From positions 36,338-100,337 of the forward strand of contig CBDUYR010000003.1 in NCBI GenBank assembly GCA_965371515.1: DNA of 64,000 nucleotides, written 5' to 3'. This stretch comes from an uncultured bacterium (GTDB lineage Bacteria > Krumholzibacteriota > Krumholzibacteriia > Krumholzibacteriales > Krumholzibacteriaceae). The translations under genes were made by a program, and so were the position numbers. Each line of letters opens with the position of its first letter. The first letter of the stretch is position 1. The notes under the pieces were generated by a model. The model was not told the DNA's origin and did not search any database. It saw nothing but the letters and a program-made list of their open reading frames with translations. This document shows positions 9,530 to 18,075 of the stretch, piece after piece.

Positions 9530-10634
9530 CGGAAACAGGAAGAAGGGCCGGGGGCGGCTGATGGTCATCTTGATACTTGTCGTCGTCGTCGCGGCCTTCG
9601 CGATAAGGTTCTCGGTCCTGAGCAGGAAAGACACGGTGGCGAGCATACGCTCGATCCAGGATAGCGAGGGTATCCCCGTCGAGGCGGTTCCAGCCGTGAC
9701 CGGCGATCTCGAGGTCTGGAACACGATGGCCGGAACGGTGGAGGGCATAGTGCAGTACCCGATCGTCTCGACCAACTCGATCCAGGTGATGGATGTCCTC
9801 AGGCGCGAGGGCGATCACGTCAACAGGGGCGACATCATCGTAAGGCTCGAGAAGACGTCTCCCAACCCGATGCTCCATTCGTACGCCCGCTCGAAGGCGC
9901 TCTACGACGATGCGCTGAGTGACGTGCGGCGGATGCGAGTGCTCTTCGAGGAAGGCGCGATCTCCGAGCAGCGGCTCGAGAAGGCCGAGATGGCGCTGAA
10001 AATAGCCGAGGTAGATCTCATCAACGCCCGCGCCGGGACCGACCTTGCAGCCGACCGCGAGGGAATCGTAACGAGTGTCACCGTCAATCCAGGCGACATG
10101 GCGGACAACGGCGAGCCGGTCGCATGGGTGGCGAGGACCGACACCGTGATAATCAAGTTCACCGCCGGCAGCAGGCAGGCGATGGTCCTGGAGAATGGGC
10201 AGCGTGCCGTCTGGTTCTCCAGCGAAACGGGTGAGAGCGGCGAGGGCGTGATCTCGAGATTCGATCTCTCGGCCGACCCTGACACGCGCCTTCTCGCAGG
10301 GGACGCTCTTTTCGCGAATCCCGGGGACAGGCTCGTACCCGGGCTGCTCGTCTCGTTCAGGGTCCTGACGGGTGAGCGCCATGGCGTCGTGAAGGTCCCC
10401 GTTGGTTGTGTCATACGGCTGAATGGGAATTACAGTGTATACGTTGTAGAGAAGGGTGAGGGCGGTAAGTCCGTCTCCCGGCTCCGCGACATCGAGACCG
10501 GCCTGATGACTACCGACGAGGTCGAGATACTGAGCGGCATCGTGGCCGGCGAGAGTATCGTCCGCTTCGGTCAGACGAGGATCGAGGACGGCAGCTTCGT
10601 CAAGGTTATCAGCGACGGAGAGGGGGAAAGATGA
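9522..10634 (+). CDS. RND efflux periplasmic adaptor (MFP)
   Basis: N-terminal TM anchor, lipoyl/hairpin motifs (REGDHVNRGD; ADREGIVT..VNPGD), LVPGL; ATG 9522 overlaps tolC stop. Confidence 0.9.
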   Translation: MSNGNRKKGRGRLMVILILVVVVAAFAIRFSVLSRKDTVASIRSIQDSEGIPVEAVPAVTGDLEVWNTMAGTVEGIVQYPIVSTNSIQVMDVLRREGDHVNRGDIIVRLEKTSPNPMLHSYARSKALYDDALSDVRRMRVLFEEGAISEQRLEKAEMALKIAEVDLINARAGTDLAADREGIVTSVTVNPGDMADNGEPVAWVARTDTVIIKFTAGSRQAMVLENGQRAVWFSSETGESGEGVISRFDLSADPDTRLLAGDALFANPGDRLVPGLLVSFRVLTGERHGVVKVPVGCVIRLNGNYSVYVVEKGEGGKSVSRLRDIETGLMTTDEVEILSGIVAGESIVRFGQTRIEDGSFVKVISDGEGER

Positions 10635-13600
10635 ACATCTTCCGTTTCTTCGTCAGGCGCCCGGTCCTGACGACGATGATCCTCGTTCTCCTCGTAGTGA
10701 TGGGCGCATACTCGTACCAGCGGCTCGTCATCGAGATGATGCCGAACGTCGAGTTTCCGATAATCCTCGTGACCACGGTCTATCCCGGGGCGTCGCCGGC
10801 CGAGATAGAGAGCCAGGTGACGAAGAAGATAGAGGATGAGGTCGCGACGATCGCCAATGTCAAGAACCTCACGTCGTACTCGCAGGAGAACGTCTCGCTT
10901 GTCATCGTCGAGTTCGAGCTCGAGACGAGCGTCGATCTCGATGCGATCGATGTGAAGGACAAGGTAGACGCGATCCTCTTCGAGCTGCCCGACGGGGCTG
11001 AGAAACCGATTATCCAGAAATTCGACATAGGCGCCTTCCCCGTGATGGAGTTCGCCGTTTCCGCTCCGAGGCCTCTGCAGGAGGTCTACGAGATCGCCGA
11101 CAAGGTGGTAAAGGAGCGTCTCAGCAGGATCTCCGGCGTCGGCGAGGTCGAGATCACCGGAAAGCGCGAGAGGGAGATCCGCGTCGAGGTAGACCCCGAG
11201 CGGTTGCGTGCCTACGGGCTGTCGCTGCTCGAAGTTGTCGCATTCGTAAGGATGGAGAACCTCAACATCCCCGCCGGCCACATCACCAGGGGTGCGACTG
11301 AGACGACGCTGCGCCTCATCGGCGAGTTCGGCGATCCGCAGGAGATAGCCGGAATCAGGCTGCCGCTGCGGTCGGGGGGCAACATTCCCCTGTCCGAGGT
11401 CGCGGTGGTGCGCGACACGGTCGAGGAGCTGCGCGAGTCGTCGACATACAACGGTCAGCCTGTCATCGGCCTGTCTGTCATAAAACGGTCCGACGGCAAC
11501 ACCGTCGAGGTGGCGAAGGGGGTGCACGAGGCCCTCGAAGATCTCGAAGAGATCCTCGACGACGATATTGAGGTGACGATAACGAGCGACTCGTCGACCT
11601 TCGTTTTCGATTCGGTCAACGACGTACTGTCGAACATCATGATCGGTATCGTCCTTACTTCCATACTTCTGTTTCTGTTCCTCCACGACTGGAGGCAGAC
11701 GGTCGTGGCGGTCATATCGATGCCTGTCTCGGTGATCGCGACTTTCCTGCTGATAGAGAGAGCTGGATTCTCGATCAACATCATGACCCTGATGGCGCTC
11801 GGTATCTCGATCGGGACGCTTGTGACCAACTCGATCGTTGTGATCGAGAATATCACCCGGCACGTCAAGGCAGGGATGAATCCCTACGACGCGGCCGAGC
11901 ACGGGACATCCGAGGTGGCCGTGGCGGTCCTCGCCTCTACACTGACGAACATCGTCGTGTTCACTCCGATCGCCTTCATGAGCGGGATCATCGGCAGGTT
12001 CTTTCTTCAGTTCGGCGTGACCGTCGTTTTCGCGACGGTCTTCTCAATGATAATCAGTTTCACCATGGTGCCGATGCTCTCGGCGAGGCTGCTCAGGGCG
12101 AAGGCCGGCGAGCATCACAGGGAGGGCCATCTCTGGACGAGATTTACCGAGGGCTGGGACAGGTGGTATGAGAACCTCACCTCGGGGTACAGGGCGATGC
12201 TGGCCGTCTTCCTCGAGAGGCGCTGGATCCCGATCGTGATGAGTATCGTCATCTTCTTCTTTGCGATCTACCTCTTCTCCTTCGTAGGCGGCGAGTTCAT
12301 GCCGGTGATGGACCAGGACGTCGTGGTCATCAAACTCGAGCTTCCCGCCGGCACGAGCCTCGAGCGCACCCAGGAGGTGGCCTCGAGGATCGAGAAGAGG
12401 ATGCGCGGGCACGAAGAGGTCATCGGAGTGATAACGAAGATCGGCGGCGGCCAGAGGGGGGTCGAGGACGCCGACATAGTCCTCCGGCTTACAAAGGGAG
12501 ACGAGCGCGATATCAAGATCACCGCCTTCATGAACCTGATAAGACGCGAGCTCGCCGATCTTCCGGACGCGTCTATTGCTGTACTCAGCGAGGGGGGAGG
12601 AGGCGGAGGCAACGATGCGGACCTCCTCATCGAGGTACTTTCCAGCAATCAGGAGAGTCTCTCCCTCGTCGCCGACAATGTCTACGATATCGTCCGCGAG
12701 ACCGAAGGCCTCGTCGAGGTGCAGACGAGCGAGAAGGCCGGGAAACCGGAGATCGTCGTGCGCCCGCGGCGCCGCCAGCTCGCCTGGCGCGGCCTCAATC
12801 CGATGACGGTCGGAATGATCCTCAGGACCGCATACGAGGGCGAGGAGGCCGGCGTGTACAGGGAGCACGGCGAGGAATACGACATCAGGGTCAAGTACGA
12901 GGAACGCAGCCGGCATGATCCTGCATACCTGCGCGATCTCCCGATAGGTATGCCCGGCGGCGGAACGGTCCCGCTTTCCGACGTGATAGTCATCGAGAAC
13001 CGCACAGGCGAGTCGGAGATCAGGCACAGGGACAAGCAGAGGATGGTAGAGATCACGGCGAATGTTGCGACGGGCAGCGTCAGCGAGGCCCGAGCGCTGA
13101 TCGACAAAGAGATCGCGAAGCTCGAGATCCCGTCAGGGGTGAGGGTGAAATACGGCGGTATGGCCGAGGTCCAGGACGAATCGTTCGCCTCGATCCAGAC
13201 GGCGATGATACTGGCGATAGTCCTTATTTACATCGTCATGGCGGCGATTCTCGAGAGCTTCGTCCACCCCGTCACGGTGATGATCACGTTGCCGCTCGGA
13301 CTGATCGGAGCGTCATTCGGTCTCTTCTTCACGGGGCAGACGATCAACATCATGTCGCTGATGGCGATGATCATGCTCGTCGGTATCGTGGTCAACAACG
13401 CGATCCTGCTGCTCGACTACACGAGGCAGCTCAGGGAGAAGGGGATGTCGGTCAAGGATGCCCTGCTCGAGGCATGCCCGACGAGGCTCCGTCCGATCAT
13501 CATGGCGAATCTCGCCGTTGCCGTGGGGATGATACCTCAGGCGATGTCGGGCGCCGGCGCCGAGTACAGGACGCCGATGGCCGTCGTGCAGATCGGCGGC

Positions 13601-13729
13601 GTGCTGATGTCGGCGATCTTCACCCTGTTCGTCATCCCCGTGGCATACTCGATCATGGACAGGCTCACCCTCGCGGGCAGGAGGGTCGGGGCAGTGCGGA
13701 AGGTCGAAACTCGCGCTGGTGTGGAATAG
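10631..13729 (+). CDS. RND efflux permease (AcrB/AcrD/AcrF family)
   Basis: 1032 aa; FVRRPV, YPGASPAEIES, GIVVNNAILL, RLRPIIM motifs. Confidence 0.95.
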   Translation: MNIFRFFVRRPVLTTMILVLLVVMGAYSYQRLVIEMMPNVEFPIILVTTVYPGASPAEIESQVTKKIEDEVATIANVKNLTSYSQENVSLVIVEFELETSVDLDAIDVKDKVDAILFELPDGAEKPIIQKFDIGAFPVMEFAVSAPRPLQEVYEIADKVVKERLSRISGVGEVEITGKREREIRVEVDPERLRAYGLSLLEVVAFVRMENLNIPAGHITRGATETTLRLIGEFGDPQEIAGIRLPLRSGGNIPLSEVAVVRDTVEELRESSTYNGQPVIGLSVIKRSDGNTVEVAKGVHEALEDLEEILDDDIEVTITSDSSTFVFDSVNDVLSNIMIGIVLTSILLFLFLHDWRQTVVAVISMPVSVIATFLLIERAGFSINIMTLMALGISIGTLVTNSIVVIENITRHVKAGMNPYDAAEHGTSEVAVAVLASTLTNIVVFTPIAFMSGIIGRFFLQFGVTVVFATVFSMIISFTMVPMLSARLLRAKAGEHHREGHLWTRFTEGWDRWYENLTSGYRAMLAVFLERRWIPIVMSIVIFFFAIYLFSFVGGEFMPVMDQDVVVIKLELPAGTSLERTQEVASRIEKRMRGHEEVIGVITKIGGGQRGVEDADIVLRLTKGDERDIKITAFMNLIRRELADLPDASIAVLSEGGGGGGNDADLLIEVLSSNQESLSLVADNVYDIVRETEGLVEVQTSEKAGKPEIVVRPRRRQLAWRGLNPMTVGMILRTAYEGEEAGVYREHGEEYDIRVKYEERSRHDPAYLRDLPIGMPGGGTVPLSDVIVIENRTGESEIRHRDKQRMVEITANVATGSVSEARALIDKEIAKLEIPSGVRVKYGGMAEVQDESFASIQTAMILAIVLIYIVMAAILESFVHPVTVMITLPLGLIGASFGLFFTGQTINIMSLMAMIMLVGIVVNNAILLLDYTRQLREKGMSVKDALLEACPTRLRPIIMANLAVAVGMIPQAMSGAGAEYRTPMAVVQIGGVLMSAIFTLFVIPVAYSIMDRLTLAGRRVGAVRKVETRAGVE

Positions 13730-13861
13730 AGAGTGATGGTATGATGCCGGCGATGCGGTTCTCCGCATCACCGGCAGGCGGATGTGACAATAGCCGGCCG
13801 GTCCGGCCGTTGCATATGTATCGAAGGATCCAGGCGTGACGGTTGATGCAGACCGGCTGTA

Positions 13862-13889
13862 GGGGCGGGCGATGAGCCCGCCCCGCTTT
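13862..13889 (+). terminator. GC hairpin after the RND operon
   Basis: GGGGCGGGC-gatga-GCCCGCCCC followed by gcttt. Confidence 0.45.
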
Positions 13890-13910
13890 ACCACGCGGGG
13901 GGTCAGCACA

Positions 13911-15035
13911 GTGGCTCATTCGATCACCCAGTATCTCAGACGTATATCGAAGCGCGATGCGGCCCTGCTCGTGATCGTCTTGCTGGCGTTGATCCTCAGG
14001 CTGTATATGGCATTCACATGTACCGCCGCTCCCGATTTCAGCGACATGGAGACCTACAACAAGCTGGCCCTGCAGGGAGGGATCAGTGTTTCGCCTCCGC
14101 CCGGATATCCCCTCTTCCTCCGTGCGATATACGAAATGTTCGGTCCGAGGAACTACCTCGCCGTCTTCATCATCCAGGGGATCATCAGCGCGATAACGGC
14201 GGGACTCATCTTCCTGGTCGCCGAAAAAGCGGCCGGCATGAGGGCGGCAGTGATCGCCGCTTCCATCGCCGCCGTCTATCCCAACTTCCTCGTCTATAAC
14301 CTGACGACGATGAGTGAGACGCTGGGGCTGCTTTTCGCTGTTCTGATATTATATCTTCTCGTCTCCGATACAGGGGACAGCGTCAAGGCCGTGGCCGCCG
14401 CGCTCCTCCTCGTGGCCGCGTGCGCCGTCCGTCCGGTGTTGATCTATTTCTGGCCCGGCATGCTGGCGGGCCTGAAGAAGCGGACTCTCTTCATCGTCGC
14501 GACGTTTCTGCTCGTAACGCCCTGGGTGATCTACAGCGTTTCCGTGGGAAACGTCACGAACAGGCCGGGGCGGGCGTTCTACAAGACGTACAATCCAGAA
14601 TCGAATGGCAGACAGTACGTGAAATTCGCCGATACGCCGCTGTCACGGACCGATCTCCCGAACCGGACCTACTTCAGGGAGGCGTTCAACTTCATGGCCT
14701 GCAACAAATGGAAGACGGTAGACATAATATATAACAAGACCGCGATGATCTTCTCGAGGGGATGGGATAAGCACTTCATGCAGAGGGTCGTCGGCCGCGA
14801 CGACAGGTGGGTATTTCTGATGGTCTATTCATTCATCCCTGTCATGCTGCTCGGCATGGCGGGGATGATCATCGACATGGATGAGAAGAACAGAATACTG
14901 GCGTATCTCCTGATCAGCTATCTCGCGGCCTTCGTCTTCCTGGCGATCTTCAAGGTCAGGTACAGGCTGCTCGTCGAGCCGATCTTCATGATCTTCGGTG
15001 CGATCTTCATCGACAGGGCGGTGGGGGATGGATAG
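13911..15035 (+). CDS. GT-C (ArnT/PMT, GT39-like) membrane glycosyltransferase
   Basis: LALILRL...DMETY...PPGYPLFL...SETL...RP...RYRL pattern, multi-TM; GTG start assumed (ORF track 13872). Confidence 0.75.
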   Translation: MAHSITQYLRRISKRDAALLVIVLLALILRLYMAFTCTAAPDFSDMETYNKLALQGGISVSPPPGYPLFLRAIYEMFGPRNYLAVFIIQGIISAITAGLIFLVAEKAAGMRAAVIAASIAAVYPNFLVYNLTTMSETLGLLFAVLILYLLVSDTGDSVKAVAAALLLVAACAVRPVLIYFWPGMLAGLKKRTLFIVATFLLVTPWVIYSVSVGNVTNRPGRAFYKTYNPESNGRQYVKFADTPLSRTDLPNRTYFREAFNFMACNKWKTVDIIYNKTAMIFSRGWDKHFMQRVVGRDDRWVFLMVYSFIPVMLLGMAGMIIDMDEKNRILAYLLISYLAAFVFLAIFKVRYRLLVEPIFMIFGAIFIDRAVGDG

Positions 15036-16113
15036 CAAGGGAATCAGGGCCCTGTTTCCTCACGACTGGGATATACTGGCTGTTATCCTGTTTACGGCGC
15101 TTGCCCTGAGGATGTGGTTTGCGCTCTCGTATGACGCGACGCTGTATGATCAGGCGGGTGAAGGGGTCAGGCTGCTGGGCGCGGTGCGCGGCGCGGCGAT
15201 CGATACGGCATCGCCTCCCCTGTACGTCGTTTTTCTTCGGATCTGTCTGGCGATATTTGGCCGGGGCGCGGCGAAAGCGGCATTCGTGATCATAGGGATC
15301 GCAGGAACGGTCTCAGTAGCGCTGATCTACTACATCGCAGTCAGGATATCGAACAGGAGTACGGCCGTCATTTCCGCAGCGATCTCCGCACTTTACATAA
15401 ATTACATGATGGCGGGGCTGGCGTTATCGCCCAGAGTGTTCGGGATCCTCGCCATATTCATCGTAACGATCATTCTGATAAGGGAGAGGGCTGGAAAACG
15501 CGGCAACGGCGTGGCCGGAGCCGTTTTCGGGCTGGGGATCCTCATCGATCCCTTCCTGATCTTGTTTATACCGGGCTTTCTGCTCGTGTCGGGGAGGCGC
15601 TGGCTGTTTCTCGGAGTACTACTCGTGGCCGTCATGCCGTGGACCGTGAGGAATTCGATCGTGGAGAAAACCGCTGTGCCCGTCTACAGCCTGGAGGCGG
15701 TCGAATTTAATCTCGAGAGGTGGAAGACAGGGGATTTCGGGGAGGTTCGCAAGCTCGTGGACAAACTGTATCTGAACGGATCGATGCTGTGCTCCAGGGG
15801 AGCGGGATGGGTCGAAGCCGGCGGTTCCAGGACAAGTGAGAGTATCCGTAACAGTTCGAGCTTCGGAGGCTATTTTTATATGCTGATTGCGCTCGCCGGG
15901 CTCGTCGGGCTGTTGAGATACCACTCGAGGGAACACCGGGCGCTGCTCTATCCCGCTCTCGTCTATCTGGGGTTTCTCGTCCTCTTCTCCACATGCAGGA
16001 CGACCAACCGGCTTCTCACCGAGCATATCGCAATATTCTACGCGGCAGTCCTGTTACACCGTATCATAGGGCGATTCCGGACCCGCCGGGACGGAGTGTC
16101 ACAAAACGATTGA
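15028..16113 (+). CDS. GT-C (ArnT/PMT, GT39-like) membrane glycosyltransferase
   Basis: ALALRMW...PPLYVVFL...PWTVRN, multi-TM; paralog-like to the upstream gene. Confidence 0.7.
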   Translation: MDSKGIRALFPHDWDILAVILFTALALRMWFALSYDATLYDQAGEGVRLLGAVRGAAIDTASPPLYVVFLRICLAIFGRGAAKAAFVIIGIAGTVSVALIYYIAVRISNRSTAVISAAISALYINYMMAGLALSPRVFGILAIFIVTIILIRERAGKRGNGVAGAVFGLGILIDPFLILFIPGFLLVSGRRWLFLGVLLVAVMPWTVRNSIVEKTAVPVYSLEAVEFNLERWKTGDFGEVRKLVDKLYLNGSMLCSRGAGWVEAGGSRTSESIRNSSSFGGYFYMLIALAGLVGLLRYHSREHRALLYPALVYLGFLVLFSTCRTTNRLLTEHIAIFYAAVLLHRIIGRFRTRRDGVSQND

Positions 16114-16175
16114 ACGGCGCGCCGTCGTTTGGATAGTATCGCGGGTGTACCACACCCTGAACCTGAAGAGGCGTC

Positions 16176-17117
16176 ATGTACAAGGACAGGACCGTAGCGG
16201 TCGTCATCCCGGCCCTGAACGAGGGGCAGGCCATTGGCGAAGTGATTGATTCGATACCGCCGTTTGTCGACGCGGTCATAGTCATCGACGACGGATCATC
16301 CGATGATACCGCGGCTGTCGCACGGGAGAAGGGGGCCGAGGTGATATGCCACGGCCGCAACAGGGGAGTCGGGGCGGCGTTCGATACGGGCCGCCGCCGG
16401 GTGCTGGCCCTCCGTTCTGATATCATGGTCAACATGGACGGGGACGGCCAGTTCGATCCGTCCGACATCGTCAAGCTCGTCGGGCCCGTTGCCGACGGGA
16501 AGGCCGACTTCGTGACCGCCTCGCGCTTCAAGAACCCCGATCTCTACCCCGATATGAGCAGGACCAAGTTTCTCGGTAACAGGATGATGTCGTGCCTGAT
16601 CAGCAGGCTGACCGGCCGCCGGTTCCACGACGTCTCGTGCGGGTTCAGGGCCTACTCGAGGGACGCTCTGCTGAGGCTCAACCTGTTCGGCGATTTCACT
16701 TACACGCAGGAGGCCTTCCTCGAGTTCGCCTTCAAGGACGTTACGATCCTCGAGGTGCCCGTCGAGGTGAGGGGCCGGCGGGAGCACGGCCGTTCGAGGG
16801 TCGCCTCCAACCTCTTCAGGTATGCGTGGCAGACGATGAAGATCATCGTCAGGACGATGCGCGATTACAGGCCGCTGCGGCTTTTCGCGGGCGTTTCGAC
16901 CGTGCTGCTCGCGGCCGGCCTCGTCCCGGCGGTCTTCCTGGCGGTGCACTACGGCAGGACAGGCACATTCACACCTCACAAGTGGGCGGGATTTATCGCC
17001 GGTTTCCTCTTCATCCTCTCGGCGATGAGCTTTATTCTCGGATTCATCCTCGATATGTTCGCGAGGATGAGGTCAAACCAGGAGGAGATCCTGGCTATCC
17101 TCAGGAAGAGGGAATGA
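16176..17117 (+). CDS. GT2 glycosyltransferase (polyprenol-phosphate sugar synthase-like)
   Basis: VVIPALNE, IDDGSSD, NRGVG, MDGDGQF, DVSCGFRAY, two C-terminal TM helices. Confidence 0.92.
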   Translation: MYKDRTVAVVIPALNEGQAIGEVIDSIPPFVDAVIVIDDGSSDDTAAVAREKGAEVICHGRNRGVGAAFDTGRRRVLALRSDIMVNMDGDGQFDPSDIVKLVGPVADGKADFVTASRFKNPDLYPDMSRTKFLGNRMMSCLISRLTGRRFHDVSCGFRAYSRDALLRLNLFGDFTYTQEAFLEFAFKDVTILEVPVEVRGRREHGRSRVASNLFRYAWQTMKIIVRTMRDYRPLRLFAGVSTVLLAAGLVPAVFLAVHYGRTGTFTPHKWAGFIAGFLFILSAMSFILGFILDMFARMRSNQEEILAILRKRE

Positions 17118-18050
17118 TCATCTCTCACCGCGCACAGCGAGCGCGCTGAATATCCCGGCAAGAGACAGTTCGGCGGCGAGCATTACGAGCCGCAGGAGCA
17201 GGGCTGCGATTATCGCCGATTCCCTCGGGACCACGAGCGGCAGGACGAGCATCAGGATGCCCTCCCGGACGCCGAGGCCTCCCGGTGCGAAGATGGCGAG
17301 CATCCCGGCGAGCCCGGCGGTGTAGTACGCCCCTGTGATGGTAAGGTAACTCCCTGCCGGGACGGGGCCGAGCGAAAGGAGCAGGATGTAGAGCCCGAGG
17401 CCCTGCAGGAGCCCGGGCACTATATAGAGAGCGGTGAGTCCGAGCATCGAGCCGGCGCCGGGGAACTCCTCCGGCAGCTCCCTGCCCGTCAGCCTTAAGA
17501 CGGTTCCCGCGATCCTGTGCAGGACCGGCGGCGAGAGGAGCGTCAGGGTGACGGCGATCCCGGCCGGTGCCGTCCACTTGAGCCAGGCCGGAAAGATCCC
17601 CGGGGCGGAGGCGATGCCGCCGAGCATCAGGATCAGGGCGGCCGAGAGAGCCGTTACGAGTTCCGTGCCGGTCGCCAGTGCGACTCTTTCGGGGGGCTGG
17701 GGCCTGTACGCTTCTATTCTGATAAGTGCCAGGCCGAGCTTCCCGGGGATGTATCTGCCGAGGACAGAGAGGAAATAGGCCCTGCCCCCCCTCAAGACGG
17801 GGGCGTGCAGTCCGAAAAACGACGCGAGACGGGTCCAGGCGGCGAATCTGGCCAGGTAGCCCGCTGTGATGGCGAGAAATGCGAGCAGCACGGCCCTGAA
17901 CTCGATAAGGGAGGCGTATCCGGAAAGCTTCCCCGCATTGATCCCGACGAACCAGGCCACAGTGCCCAGTGTCGCCGCGAAGAGAATCCATCTGTAGACC
18001 CTGCGCCGGGCGGCCGGCCCTCTTTTCCGCTGATCCCGATTTTCTTCCAA
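17118..18050 (-). CDS. Lysylphosphatidylglycerol-synthase-TM / flippase-like membrane protein
   Basis: LGRYIPGK and APGGLGVREG motifs, multi-TM. Confidence 0.85.
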   Translation of the reverse strand: MEENRDQRKRGPAARRRVYRWILFAATLGTVAWFVGINAGKLSGYASLIEFRAVLLAFLAITAGYLARFAAWTRLASFFGLHAPVLRGGRAYFLSVLGRYIPGKLGLALIRIEAYRPQPPERVALATGTELVTALSAALILMLGGIASAPGIFPAWLKWTAPAGIAVTLTLLSPPVLHRIAGTVLRLTGRELPEEFPGAGSMLGLTALYIVPGLLQGLGLYILLLSLGPVPAGSYLTITGAYYTAGLAGMLAIFAPGGLGVREGILMLVLPLVVPRESAIIAALLLRLVMLAAELSLAGIFSALAVRGER

Positions 18051-18075
18051 TGCCCGCCTTTCGCTGTCTTTTGCC

